From the sequence record DRR723986_2438: a stretch of DNA of 35,781 nucleotides, one strand, 5' to 3'. Below are positions 7,736 through 17,679 of the stretch, piece after piece (within the stretch, counting starts at the first letter, position 1; the number at the start of each line of letters is the position of its first letter). The notes beneath the pieces were generated by a model that was not told the origin of the DNA, searched no databases, and saw only the letters and a list, made by a program, of their open reading frames with translations. A program made the position numbers and the translations under genes.

Positions 7736-10153
7736 ATGGCAAAAAAAACCACGAAGAAAAAAAGTACAACTAAAACTAAATCGAAAGCGAAGCGCCAAAA
7801 GCTTTCTTTTAAATTATCGAGCCAGCAAAAATTAATTTTTGGTAGTTTGTTCATAATCCTTGGTGTACTTCTGTTTATATCATTTTTATCTTTTGTCTTT
7901 ACAGGTAAAGAAGACCAAAGTATATTAAGCAACTTCCCTGAACGATCTGATGAATATAAGAACTGGGCTAGTCAGGTTGGTGCTTGGGTTAGTGAATTCT
8001 TCATTGCAAAAGGATTTGGAATTCCGTCATTTATTTTCTCAGGATTACTTTTTCTTTCAGGTATTTATGTGACATTAGATCTAAAAAAGGATAAACTAAC
8101 AAAACATTGGATTTGGGGAACACTTATTGCTATTTGGCTCTCTGTTTTATTTGGATTTTTTACCCATAAATATGATTTACTAGGCGGAACTATTGGGTAT
8201 GAAATGAACCATTTCTTTCAAGATTATATAGGTAAAATTGGTACTATATTTTTATTGATATTTGGTTTAATAACATATCTCGCCGTTAGATTAAAAGTTA
8301 CAGGCGATACTTTTGTAAGCCTATTTAAACGCGCCAAAAAAGACATAAAGAGCGATTTACAACATCAAGAGACAAAAGATCAAACTACAGTGGTTATTGA
8401 TAATAGCTTAACTGAAGAAGCAGAGGCAATAAAGTCTGCATTTGAGGTACCCTTAGAAAAACCAAAACCAACAATAAGTAATCATTCAAAGCCAGATACC
8501 AAAATTGAGGATCTTAAAATGGAAGTGGCTGAGAAGCCTAAAGAAGCTACTATTGATGTTCCAGAACTAAAGGTAGAAGTTGAGAAAATTGAAGAAGAAA
8601 AATCAGAAACCGATAATCTTGCTGACAAACTTGTAGAGGATTTTGGTCAATTTGATCCTACTTTAGAATTAGGAAATTATCAATTTCCACCATTAGATCT
8701 GCTAAAAAAATATGATAACGAAGGCATCTCTATAGACCAGGAAGAACTTGAAGAAAATAAAAATAGAATTGTTGAAACATTAAGTAATTACAAAATTGGT
8801 ATTTCGAGCATAAAAGCAACTATTGGCCCAACAGTAACTTTATATGAAATTGTCCCGGAAGCTGGTATTAGAATTTCAAAAATTAAAAATCTTGAGGATG
8901 ATATTGCATTGTCATTGGCTGCATTAGGTATTCGTATTATTGCACCAATACCTGGAAAAGGTACAATAGGTATAGAAGTACCAAATAAAAAAGCAACTAT
9001 TGTGTCTATGCGTTCTGTAATTGCGTCGCAGAAATTTCAACAATCAAAAATGCAATTACCAATAGCATTTGGTAAAACTATTAGCAATGAAACTTTTGTT
9101 GTAGATTTAGCTAAGATGCCTCATTTGCTTATGGCTGGTGCCACAGGACAAGGAAAATCGGTAGGATTAAATGCTGTACTTACTTCCTTGCTCTACAAAA
9201 AACATCCTGCAGAAGTTAAATTTGTTTTAGTAGACCCTAAAAAGGTTGAGCTCACTTTATTTAATAAGATAGAACGTCATTATTTGGCAAAACTCCCAGA
9301 TAGTGAAGACGCGATTATTACAGATAATACAAAAGTGATTAATACTTTGAATTCATTGTGTATTGAGATGGATAATCGTTATGAAATGCTTAAGAATGCG
9401 TTTTGTAGAAACATTGCAGAGTATAATGCAAAGTTTAAAGCGAGAAAATTAAACCCTAATGATGGTCATAAATTTCTACCATATATTGTTTTGGTAGTCG
9501 ATGAATTTGCAGATTTAATAATGACTGCTGGTAAAGAGGTTGAAACACCAATAGCAAGATTAGCACAACTTGCACGTGCTATTGGTATACATTTAATAAT
9601 CGCCACTCAACGTCCATCTGTTAACGTGATTACTGGTATTATCAAAGCTAATTTCCCGGCAAGAATAGCATTTAGAGTAACCAGTAAGATAGATTCTCGT
9701 ACTATTTTAGATGGCTCTGGTGCAGATCAATTAATTGGTCGTGGTGATATGCTTTATACCCAAGGTAATGATTTAATTAGATTGCAATGTGCTTTTGTAG
9801 ATACTCCAGAAGTTGAAAAAATAACAGAATTTATTGGCTCTCAGAAAGCTTATCCAGATGCCCATTTATTACCAGAATATGTTGGTGAAGAAGGTGGCAC
9901 AAATCTTGATATTGATATATCAGACAGAGATAAATTATTTAGAGAAGCCGCAGAAATTATAGTTACAGCACAGCAAGGTTCGGCATCTTTATTGCAACGT
10001 AAACTAAAACTAGGATATAACAGAGCTGGTAGAATTATAGATCAATTAGAAGCTGCAGGAATTGTAGGTTCTTTTGAAGGCAGTAAAGCCAGACAAGTAT
10101 TAGTACCAGATTTGGTAGCTTTAGATCAATTATTAGAAAACGAAAAACAATAG
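7736..10153 (+). CDS. ftsK: DNA translocase FtsK
   Basis: N-terminal 4TM region, PHLLMAGATGQGKS Walker A, VVDEFADL, ATQRPS, gamma domain LQRKLKLGYNRAGR. Confidence 0.97.
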   Translation: MAKKTTKKKSTTKTKSKAKRQKLSFKLSSQQKLIFGSLFIILGVLLFISFLSFVFTGKEDQSILSNFPERSDEYKNWASQVGAWVSEFFIAKGFGIPSFIFSGLLFLSGIYVTLDLKKDKLTKHWIWGTLIAIWLSVLFGFFTHKYDLLGGTIGYEMNHFFQDYIGKIGTIFLLIFGLITYLAVRLKVTGDTFVSLFKRAKKDIKSDLQHQETKDQTTVVIDNSLTEEAEAIKSAFEVPLEKPKPTISNHSKPDTKIEDLKMEVAEKPKEATIDVPELKVEVEKIEEEKSETDNLADKLVEDFGQFDPTLELGNYQFPPLDLLKKYDNEGISIDQEELEENKNRIVETLSNYKIGISSIKATIGPTVTLYEIVPEAGIRISKIKNLEDDIALSLAALGIRIIAPIPGKGTIGIEVPNKKATIVSMRSVIASQKFQQSKMQLPIAFGKTISNETFVVDLAKMPHLLMAGATGQGKSVGLNAVLTSLLYKKHPAEVKFVLVDPKKVELTLFNKIERHYLAKLPDSEDAIITDNTKVINTLNSLCIEMDNRYEMLKNAFCRNIAEYNAKFKARKLNPNDGHKFLPYIVLVVDEFADLIMTAGKEVETPIARLAQLARAIGIHLIIATQRPSVNVITGIIKANFPARIAFRVTSKIDSRTILDGSGADQLIGRGDMLYTQGNDLIRLQCAFVDTPEVEKITEFIGSQKAYPDAHLLPEYVGEEGGTNLDIDISDRDKLFREAAEIIVTAQQGSASLLQRKLKLGYNRAGRIIDQLEAAGIVGSFEGSKARQVLVPDLVALDQLLENEKQ

Positions 10154-10170
10154 ATAAAAGATTTTTATAA

Positions 10171-10812
10171 ATGAAACGATTAGTAATTATAACATTTTTA
10201 GCATTAGGAAGTATTGGGTTCGCTCAAAATGATGCAAAAGCTGAAGCACTTTTAAATGAAGTGAGCACTAAAATTAAAAGTTATAAAAACATAAGTTTAG
10301 ACTTTAAGTACGAACTTAATAATGTTAGTGAAAACATAAATCAAGAAACCAGAGGCGACGTTGTTATTGAAGGTGAAAAGTACAAACTAAATATATTAGG
10401 AGTTACCAGAATCTTTGATGGCAAAACATTATATACCATTAGTCCTGAAGATGAGGAAGTAACCATTTCTTCTGATAATACAGAAGATGAAGGAACTATT
10501 ACACCAAGTAAAATGCTTTCATTTTATGAAGACGGATATACTTTTAAAATGGATATTATTCAGAATGTAAAAGGTCGTAAAATACAATATGTAAAGCTAA
10601 ATCCTATAGACACCAATTCTGAGATAAAACTCATATTACTAGGTATTGACGCTACTACTAAGCACATTTATAACTTAATTGAAGTTGGTAAAAACGGAAC
10701 AAAAACAACATTAACTGTTAATTCTTTTAAAACCGACGAACCTATTTCAGAAACCTTATTTACATTTGACGAGACTAAGTATAGTGATTACTATATTAAC
10801 AAAATCGATTAA
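10171..10812 (+). CDS. lolA: Outer-membrane lipoprotein carrier LolA-family protein
   Basis: Signal peptide, FDGKTLYT..EDEEVTI motif, C-terminal FTFD; usual position downstream of ftsK. Confidence 0.8.
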   Translation: MKRLVIITFLALGSIGFAQNDAKAEALLNEVSTKIKSYKNISLDFKYELNNVSENINQETRGDVVIEGEKYKLNILGVTRIFDGKTLYTISPEDEEVTISSDNTEDEGTITPSKMLSFYEDGYTFKMDIIQNVKGRKIQYVKLNPIDTNSEIKLILLGIDATTKHIYNLIEVGKNGTKTTLTVNSFKTDEPISETLFTFDETKYSDYYINKID

Positions 10813-10818
10813 GGTTTA

Positions 10819-12804
10819 ATGAAAATATTAGATAGGTACATACTTATCACATTCTTAAGGACGTTTTTTAGCGTTTTTATTATATTCATGTTCATTTTTG
10901 TACTTCAGGGTGTCTGGTTGTATATATCAGAGTTGGCAGGTAAAGATTTAGATATTTCTGTAACCGCCAAATTCATTCTGTATTATATTCCAAAATTAAT
11001 TCCATTAGTAGTACCACTTACGGTTTTATTATCCTCAATAATGGTATTTGGAAATTTTGCAGAGAACTATGAGTTCGCTGCCATGAAATCTACAGGTATC
11101 TCATTACAGCGCGCTATGCGAAGTTTGAGTGTATTTATTATAGTTCTCGGTTTTGCTTGCTTCTTCTTTGCAAATAATGTCATTCCTTGGGGAGAATATG
11201 AATTTTACAATTTAAGACGAAATATTGCTAAAGTAAAGCCTGCATTAGCCATTGCTGAAGGACAGTTCAATGAAATTGGTAATATAAATATAAAGGTAGA
11301 TAAAAAAACAGGTGATAGAGGTCAATATCTAGAAGGAGTAATTATCCACGAAAAAAGTAGATCTGGAAGAACAGGTAATTATAAAGTTATTGCGTCAGAA
11401 AAAGGTGAACTAATTAGTAGTGAAGAATCTAATATTTTACAGCTCGAGCTGATTAATGGAAACTATTACGAAGAAATAGTAGATAAGGATGTTCGTAAAA
11501 ACATAAACAAGCCACATGCTCAAAGTTTTTTTGATAGTTATATTATCAATGTTGATCTAGAAATTCTTAATGATGAAGATTTGGATGAACGTAATTATAA
11601 AGGCCGTCATAACATGCTAGATGTAGACCAGCTCAATTACACTATCGATAGTTTAAGAATAAAGCAAAACGAAGATAATATGGCTTTAGCCAACACATTA
11701 TATAATCGTTCTACTTTTTCCGCATTAAATTTAAATATAGAGCCTGTAAAAAAGGATACTACTATAACCAGTGATGTACTAGATTTCTTTGATACAAAAA
11801 GTAAAGTTCAGATTTTAAACCTGGCTATTAACTCAACAAATAGTACAAGACAAATACTCGATTCTAATAAGAAGACCTTTGATAAAAAGGCCGTTCATCT
11901 AAACAAGCATATTAATGCACTACATAAAAAATTTGTTTTAGGTTTTGCATGTATTATTTTATTCTTTGTTGGTGCACCACTTGGAGCTCTAATTCGTAAA
12001 GGAGGACTTGGGTTGCCTATGGTCATTGCAATTGTCCTATTTTTAACATATCATTTCTTTGGTATTTTTGCAGAGAATAGCGCAGAAAAAGGAACTTTTA
12101 GTCCAATAATTGGAGCTTGGTTATCTACAGCAGTAATGTTACCACTAAGTATATACCTTAGCACAAGAGCCACAAATGACAGAGGTGTATTTCAATTTGA
12201 TGCTATATTGGTTCCTCTTAGAAATATGTTTGCCTCTAAGAAAAGGGTTATGCTTTCAGAAAGTGATACCAAAGCTTATAATTACTATAAAAAATACGCT
12301 GTTGAAGAATTAGTTGATATTATTAAAAGTCAGGATGAATATGCTTTAGATAAAAAACCAAAAGAAATTGCACTTCATAATTTATTAAATAGAAATATAA
12401 CTCTAGAAAACTTAAAGAGTTATGGTCTTCAAATACCTGATAACCTTATTAAAGCGAAGACTCTTCTTAAAGATTACAAAGATTATTCTAAAACGAGTTT
12501 AGTGAGTTTTTGTATAGGAGTTATTCTCTTGATATTACACTTTGTTTTTCTAAATAACAAACTACCTGAAGTTGCCGAAGCATCTCTAAGTTTAAGCATT
12601 ATCTCTTTTATATTTTTTGCAATTTATATAGTAGTTGATGCCTACGTATATTCCAAATTTTACAAAACCATTCAGCAGGAGAAAAAACGTATTAACCCAA
12701 TATTACTAATAGTAACATTACCTATTTATCCATTAAAATACATTGTACTGCGTAACAGAATAGATCAAGACTTCTATGTCAGTTGCTTTCAGAACATAAA
12801 ATAA
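10819..12804 (+). CDS. LptF/LptG family permease with C-terminal extension
   Basis: MKILDRYI start, ENYEFAAMKSTGISL, GAPLGALIRKGG. Confidence 0.9.
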   Translation: MKILDRYILITFLRTFFSVFIIFMFIFVLQGVWLYISELAGKDLDISVTAKFILYYIPKLIPLVVPLTVLLSSIMVFGNFAENYEFAAMKSTGISLQRAMRSLSVFIIVLGFACFFFANNVIPWGEYEFYNLRRNIAKVKPALAIAEGQFNEIGNINIKVDKKTGDRGQYLEGVIIHEKSRSGRTGNYKVIASEKGELISSEESNILQLELINGNYYEEIVDKDVRKNINKPHAQSFFDSYIINVDLEILNDEDLDERNYKGRHNMLDVDQLNYTIDSLRIKQNEDNMALANTLYNRSTFSALNLNIEPVKKDTTITSDVLDFFDTKSKVQILNLAINSTNSTRQILDSNKKTFDKKAVHLNKHINALHKKFVLGFACIILFFVGAPLGALIRKGGLGLPMVIAIVLFLTYHFFGIFAENSAEKGTFSPIIGAWLSTAVMLPLSIYLSTRATNDRGVFQFDAILVPLRNMFASKKRVMLSESDTKAYNYYKKYAVEELVDIIKSQDEYALDKKPKEIALHNLLNRNITLENLKSYGLQIPDNLIKAKTLLKDYKDYSKTSLVSFCIGVILLILHFVFLNNKLPEVAEASLSLSIISFIFFAIYIVVDAYVYSKFYKTIQQEKKRINPILLIVTLPIYPLKYIVLRNRIDQDFYVSCFQNIK

Positions 12805-12807
12805 GCG

Positions 12808-12815
12808 TATCTTTG
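12808..12815 (+). promoter_or_regulatory. Bacteroidota -7 element for ribB
   Basis: TATCTTTG, 18 nt upstream of the ATG. Confidence 0.6.
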
Positions 12816-12833
12816 TAAGGTAAAAATGATGTT

Positions 12834-13982
12834 ATGACTAAAGGTACCTTAAAATCACAGACTAAACTAAATACAATAGAAGAAGCCATAGAAGACATCC
12901 GTCAAGGCAAGATTATCATTGTTGTAGATGATGAGAATAGGGAAAATGAAGGTGACTTTTTAGCAGCGGCAGAAAAGGTGACGCCAGAGATGATAAATTT
13001 TATGGCCACACATGGTCGCGGTCTTATTTGTGCACCTCTTACCGAACATCGTTGTGATGACTTAGAACTTAACATGATGGTCAGAAACAACACTGACCCA
13101 ATGGAAACAGCTTTTACGGTTTCTGTTGATTTACGTGGTAATGGTGTAAGTACTGGAATTTCTGCAAGTGATAGAGCTAAAACCATTAAGGCTTTGGTTA
13201 ATAAGGAAACAAAGTCTTTTGAACTTGCAAGACCTGGTCATATCTTTCCTTTAGTTGCCAAAGAAGGTGGTGTCTTAAGACGTACAGGACATACTGAAGC
13301 TGCCATAGATTTTGCCAGATTAGCTGGTTTTGAACCTGCCGGTGTTATTGTTGAAATAATGAATGAAGATGGCACAATGGCGCGATTACCAGAACTTATG
13401 GAAGTGGCAAAGAAATTTGATTTAAAGATTGTCTCTATTGAAGATTTAGTGGCTTACAGAATGGAGTATGATTCTTTAATTGAAAAGAAAGAAGACTTTA
13501 ATATCGAAACAAGATTTGGTAATTTTAGACTGAGAGCATACTTGCAAACTACTAATAATCAGGTGCATATCGCTCTTACAAAAGGTAATTTGAAATCTGA
13601 CGAACCTGTTTTAACCCGTGTTAACTCTTCATTAGTTAATAATGATATTTTAGGAACCTTAACTAATAATGCAGATAAAAAGTTAGACGATATGTTTAAC
13701 GTTATTAATAAAGCAGGAAAAGGTGCTATAATATTTATTAATCAGCAAGCTGAATCTATGAATCTTCTGACACGTTTAAGTATTCTTAAAGAGGATCAAA
13801 TAGAAGGAAAATTGGTTAAAGCACCTAGTATTGGTATGGACACTAAAGACTTTGGTATTGGCGCGCAAATTCTGCACGATTTAAAAATTAGTAAGCTAAC
13901 TCTTATTTCTAACAGCCTTCAGACCAAGCGAGTTGGTATGATTGGATATGGTTTAGAAATTGTAGATTATGTTAATTATTAA
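12834..13982 (+). CDS. ribB: 3,4-dihydroxy-2-butanone-4-phosphate synthase fused to a degenerate GTP cyclohydrolase II domain
   Basis: VDDENRENEGD, RPGHIFPL, RRTGHTEA; C-terminal GCH II-like part lacks the Zn-binding Cys residues. Confidence 0.93.
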   Translation: MTKGTLKSQTKLNTIEEAIEDIRQGKIIIVVDDENRENEGDFLAAAEKVTPEMINFMATHGRGLICAPLTEHRCDDLELNMMVRNNTDPMETAFTVSVDLRGNGVSTGISASDRAKTIKALVNKETKSFELARPGHIFPLVAKEGGVLRRTGHTEAAIDFARLAGFEPAGVIVEIMNEDGTMARLPELMEVAKKFDLKIVSIEDLVAYRMEYDSLIEKKEDFNIETRFGNFRLRAYLQTTNNQVHIALTKGNLKSDEPVLTRVNSSLVNNDILGTLTNNADKKLDDMFNVINKAGKGAIIFINQQAESMNLLTRLSILKEDQIEGKLVKAPSIGMDTKDFGIGAQILHDLKISKLTLISNSLQTKRVGMIGYGLEIVDYVNY

Positions 13983-15535
13983 TTAACAATCACTTTTTTT
14001 GTAACGACATTATTTCCAGAGAATATCTTTAGATAATAGATACCTGAATTACAGTCTGAAACATTAATACGTTTAGAGTTATTCTTTTGTATTACTAATT
14101 GCCCTAATGCATTAAAAAGTTCTACTTTATCAATCACTTCATTTGTTATAATTGAAATTTTATCAGAAGCCGGATTTGGATAAACTCCAATGTTTTCTGA
14201 TGAAACCTCTGTAGTACTTAAATTATTCTGATATACTCTAACATAATCAATAACCATACTACTTTCAATGAAATTAGGGTCAATATCTCCAGCAACACCA
14301 CCCATTGCAACATTTAATAATAAATATTGATCAGCATCAAATGGCCATGTATCGGCATTTTTGTTTGCAGGATTATACGTATAGAATCCCACTCCATCTA
14401 TTAAAAATGTAATTTGATTTGGTGACCAATTCATAGAATATACATGGAAATTATTTGCTACATTATTTAAAATATACGATTGGTAATTTTCTGTTGCTCC
14501 AAAACTAGATGGTGTGTGTAGAGCACTACTCACATGATTAGTAGCTCCTAAGCCATGTTCCATAATATCTATTTCACCACAAGCTGGCCAACCCGTTGTA
14601 CCGAAACCTTGGGATTCCCAGTATGCTCCACTTTCGGTAATATTTTTTCCTAAGGTCCAAATTGCAGGCCATGTACCATCACCAAAGGGTAATTTTGCCC
14701 TTACATCTACTCTACCATAATTAAACGCGAATTTAGAATTTAATCGTGCTGAGGTGTAATTTAACGTTACATTATCTTGTGTGAAATTTTCAGCTTTAGC
14801 CACAATATTTAAATATCCATTTTCAACAAATGAATTATCCAATCTATCTGTATAATGTTGTTGTTCTCCATTAAACCACTGACCACCATTTGGACCAGCT
14901 GTTTGGTGATACCATTTAGAACCATCTATGGCTTGTGGTGTCGTGCTATCAAATTCATCTGACCAAACCAAATCAGTATAAATAACATCCAACTCATTTG
15001 GGTCTCCAGGATCTGACCCATCGTCAATATCATCTATAAGGTAGGTACCTGATTGCGCTACACCGCCATCAATAAATATTACCAAACGCGAATAACTACC
15101 TGTGGCATTTACAGGAGTGCCTACTCCACTTAATGTAGCATTAGCAAAATCAAAAAGAATATCATTATCCCAACCCGAAGCTGAAGCTGTTTGCTGTACT
15201 TCAACATCTGGATCAGTACCATTTTCTAATTTTAGTAGAATTGTATGAAGGTTAGGATCGAATTGATAAAAATCTAAAGTTATTTGTTGCTCTACGCTTA
15301 AATCTAAAGGTTGATTTAAATCTATATAAAATCCTTGCCATATATCTGTACCATCGTTAAAAAACTGACCAACTTCATCATTAGGGTTTTGCGGATCTAC
15401 TGTTAAAGCAAAACCACTACCAGCAAAAGCAATAAATTGATCTTGTGTATCAGAAAAATCAATAGGCAAGTTTTGCGTATTTGACATCTGAAAAATGAGA
15501 ACAAAAATAAAAGTGGCTAAGTAATTTAATTTCAT
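13979..15535 (-). CDS. GH16 beta-glucanase (laminarinase-like) with T9SS type A sorting domain
   Basis: Signal peptide, WSDEF, YTSARL, WPAIW, GEIDIME catalytic motif, DYVRVYQ, C-terminal VYPNPA...GIYYLKI...KKVIVN. Confidence 0.93.
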   Translation of the reverse strand: MKLNYLATFIFVLIFQMSNTQNLPIDFSDTQDQFIAFAGSGFALTVDPQNPNDEVGQFFNDGTDIWQGFYIDLNQPLDLSVEQQITLDFYQFDPNLHTILLKLENGTDPDVEVQQTASASGWDNDILFDFANATLSGVGTPVNATGSYSRLVIFIDGGVAQSGTYLIDDIDDGSDPGDPNELDVIYTDLVWSDEFDSTTPQAIDGSKWYHQTAGPNGGQWFNGEQQHYTDRLDNSFVENGYLNIVAKAENFTQDNVTLNYTSARLNSKFAFNYGRVDVRAKLPFGDGTWPAIWTLGKNITESGAYWESQGFGTTGWPACGEIDIMEHGLGATNHVSSALHTPSSFGATENYQSYILNNVANNFHVYSMNWSPNQITFLIDGVGFYTYNPANKNADTWPFDADQYLLLNVAMGGVAGDIDPNFIESSMVIDYVRVYQNNLSTTEVSSENIGVYPNPASDKISIITNEVIDKVELFNALGQLVIQKNNSKRINVSDCNSGIYYLKIFSGNNVVTKKVIVN

Positions 15536-15628
15536 AGATGATATTTTTTGATAAATCTACGAATCATTTACGTATTTGAAGAAATTGAGACCTATACACT
15601 AACAATACAAGAAAGCTTAAATCAATTA

Positions 15629-16825
15629 TTACTTACAAATTGAAGTTATACAAGCCACCATTTTCTTGGCTCTTTCCTTAACTTCATCCTCAGACCAAGA
15701 AAGTTTTATTAAACAAGATATATTTCTACCAATATAATGATCTGACTGCGTGAATTCTTTTGTTCTAAGTTCAGACAAGGCTGTTTTAATCTCAGACGAT
15801 AGAGGATATAATGATTTTGCTTCTTTTAAATGATGCCATTTTCGGATATAATGCCAATTGTTATCATAATAATTCCAGCAAACGTCAATACCATTTTCTT
15901 TAAATGCTTTAGACACTTTGCGTGCAATATATAATTCTGGTAAAAAGAAATTTAAAAATGAATAACTCTCTTCGCCACCTTCTGGTACTGTTCTAAAATT
16001 TACTTCTGGTATTTGCTCTAATGCCTCTCTTAAAATAGTGTAATTCTTTTTCTGAATAGAAATAAACTCTGGTAATCGCCTTACTTGAGCCAAACCTACA
16101 GCTGCATTCAATTCAGAAATTCTAAAATTATAACCTAAAAATGGATGAGTTTCTGCTCCTCTATCATTACCAATATGATCGTGTCCATGGTCGCTATAAT
16201 GATCTGCATTTATATAATAATCTTTATTATTTGTAACTACCGCTCCACCTTCACCACAAGTTATTGTTTTTACAAAATCAAAAGAAAAACAACCTAGATC
16301 AGCAATACTTCCTAATGGCTTTCCTTTATAAGTACCACCAATGGCCTGACAAGCATCTTCAACAAAAAGAAGATTATACTTTGCACATATCGCTTTTAGC
16401 GCATCCATATGTCCCATACTACCGCACATCTGCACAATCATTACTGCCTTTGTTCTGGGCGTAATTGCCGATTCTACCGCATTAGGATCTAATGTCAGTG
16501 TATCATCGATATCAACAAGTACAGGAATTGCTCCTAGCATCATGATAGCTTCAAAGCTAGCTACAAAAGTGAATGTAGGCATTATAACCTCATCACCTGC
16601 ACCAACACCAGCCGACGCTAGTGCTACAGATACTGCAGCGGTTCCACTAGAAACTAATTGTACGTGATTACTTTTAAACGTTTTTGAGAGTTGAGACTCT
16701 AGCTGTTTAGCTTTCCAATGGCCTTTGCGCATACCATCAAAACCGTAACGCATCAACACACCATTATCTAATACATCGTTAACTTCTTTGCGTTCTAAAT
16801 CACTAAACAACTCAAATCCTGGCAT
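15629..16825 (-). CDS. kdnA: DegT/DnrJ-family PLP aminotransferase, KdnA-like (Kdo8N transaminase)
   Basis: SSGTAA, EDACQA, SFDFVKTITCGEGG (PLP Lys); MPGFELF start, SDHGHDHIG.DRGAE.HP and NNWHY match Shewanella KdnA as I recall it. Confidence 0.75.
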   Translation of the reverse strand: MPGFELFSDLERKEVNDVLDNGVLMRYGFDGMRKGHWKAKQLESQLSKTFKSNHVQLVSSGTAAVSVALASAGVGAGDEVIMPTFTFVASFEAIMMLGAIPVLVDIDDTLTLDPNAVESAITPRTKAVMIVQMCGSMGHMDALKAICAKYNLLFVEDACQAIGGTYKGKPLGSIADLGCFSFDFVKTITCGEGGAVVTNNKDYYINADHYSDHGHDHIGNDRGAETHPFLGYNFRISELNAAVGLAQVRRLPEFISIQKKNYTILREALEQIPEVNFRTVPEGGEESYSFLNFFLPELYIARKVSKAFKENGIDVCWNYYDNNWHYIRKWHHLKEAKSLYPLSSEIKTALSELRTKEFTQSDHYIGRNISCLIKLSWSEDEVKERAKKMVACITSICK

Positions 16826-16899
16826 AAAATAGTCTTAAAAAAATAATGAAATTTGAATAACAAATATAAGGCATTTCGAATTCTATTTCAGAAAATCAA

Positions 16900-17529
16900 T
16901 TATAATTCTATAACTGTTTCAGAAACAGATTTTCTAACTTTTTTAAAGTTAGCAAACATATCGTCTTCTGCTCTATAACCAACAGGTAATAGTAAAACGG
17001 AATTTAGACCATGTAAGTCTAAATTAAGCGCTTTGTCAATTTCCTTTGGTATAAAACCTTCCATTGGACAACTATCTATACCTTCCACAGCACATACTGT
17101 CATTAAGTTGCCTAAAGCAATATATGCTTGTTTTGTTGCCCAATTTATTTTTGTTTCTTCTGGCATGGCCTCAATTGTAGACATTAATTGTGATTTAAAG
17201 GGCTCTAATACGTTTTCTGGCGTATTTCGAATCTCTTTAACCGTGTCAAAATGTTCATTAACGTCTTCTTCATCAATCTCATTTTGTATACACAAAACTA
17301 ATAAGTGAGATGCATCTGCCACCTGTCGTTGCCCATAAGCGTGCTTTACTAATTGCTCTCTTAGTGATTGGTCCTTTACCACTACCATTTTTAAGGTTTG
17401 TAAACCATATGATAATGCAGTAAGATTAAAAGCCTCTTTTAGTAGATTCAATTTTTCTTCTGGTAGTATTTTAGACGCATCAAATTTTTTTGTTGCGTAT
17501 CTCCATTGTAATTTTTCTATAATAGACAT
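16900..17529 (-). CDS. NAD(P)H-dependent nitroreductase-family flavoprotein
   Basis: WRYATKKFD, QAYIALG, IDSCPMEGF, VGYR; start at ATG 17529 because a TATTTTTG -7 element (17552-17545) overlaps the longer TTG start. Confidence 0.92.
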   Translation of the reverse strand: MSIIEKLQWRYATKKFDASKILPEEKLNLLKEAFNLTALSYGLQTLKMVVVKDQSLREQLVKHAYGQRQVADASHLLVLCIQNEIDEEDVNEHFDTVKEIRNTPENVLEPFKSQLMSTIEAMPEETKINWATKQAYIALGNLMTVCAVEGIDSCPMEGFIPKEIDKALNLDLHGLNSVLLLPVGYRAEDDMFANFKKVRKSVSETVIEL

Positions 17530-17616
17530 TCTCTTTTTTTTTTGCAAAAATACGGAATAATGGCTTGGATTTATTTTCGCAGTAGTAATTTACATTTGTT
17601 TTAACAGCAAAACATT

Positions 17617-17660
17617 ATGACAGTTATCATAGTTATTATTAACTTTCTATAGTATTTTAC
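17617..17660 (+). promoter_or_regulatory. FNR-like box + -7 element (usp 17680)
   Basis: aTGAcagttaTCAt (TGA at 17618), 23 nt, TATTTTAC (17653-17660). Confidence 0.75.
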
Positions 17661-17679
17661 GTAGATAAATGTTACTTAT

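Noticed and set aside
12805-12833. FMN riboswitch upstream of ribB
   Set aside because: Only 29 nt of intergenic space, occupied by a -7 element
16900-17630. Nitroreductase as a member of the FNR-like regulon (Acg analogue)
   Set aside because: No -7 octamer at 23 nt on the minus side of the 17618 box; the gene has its own TATTTTTG at 17552-17545
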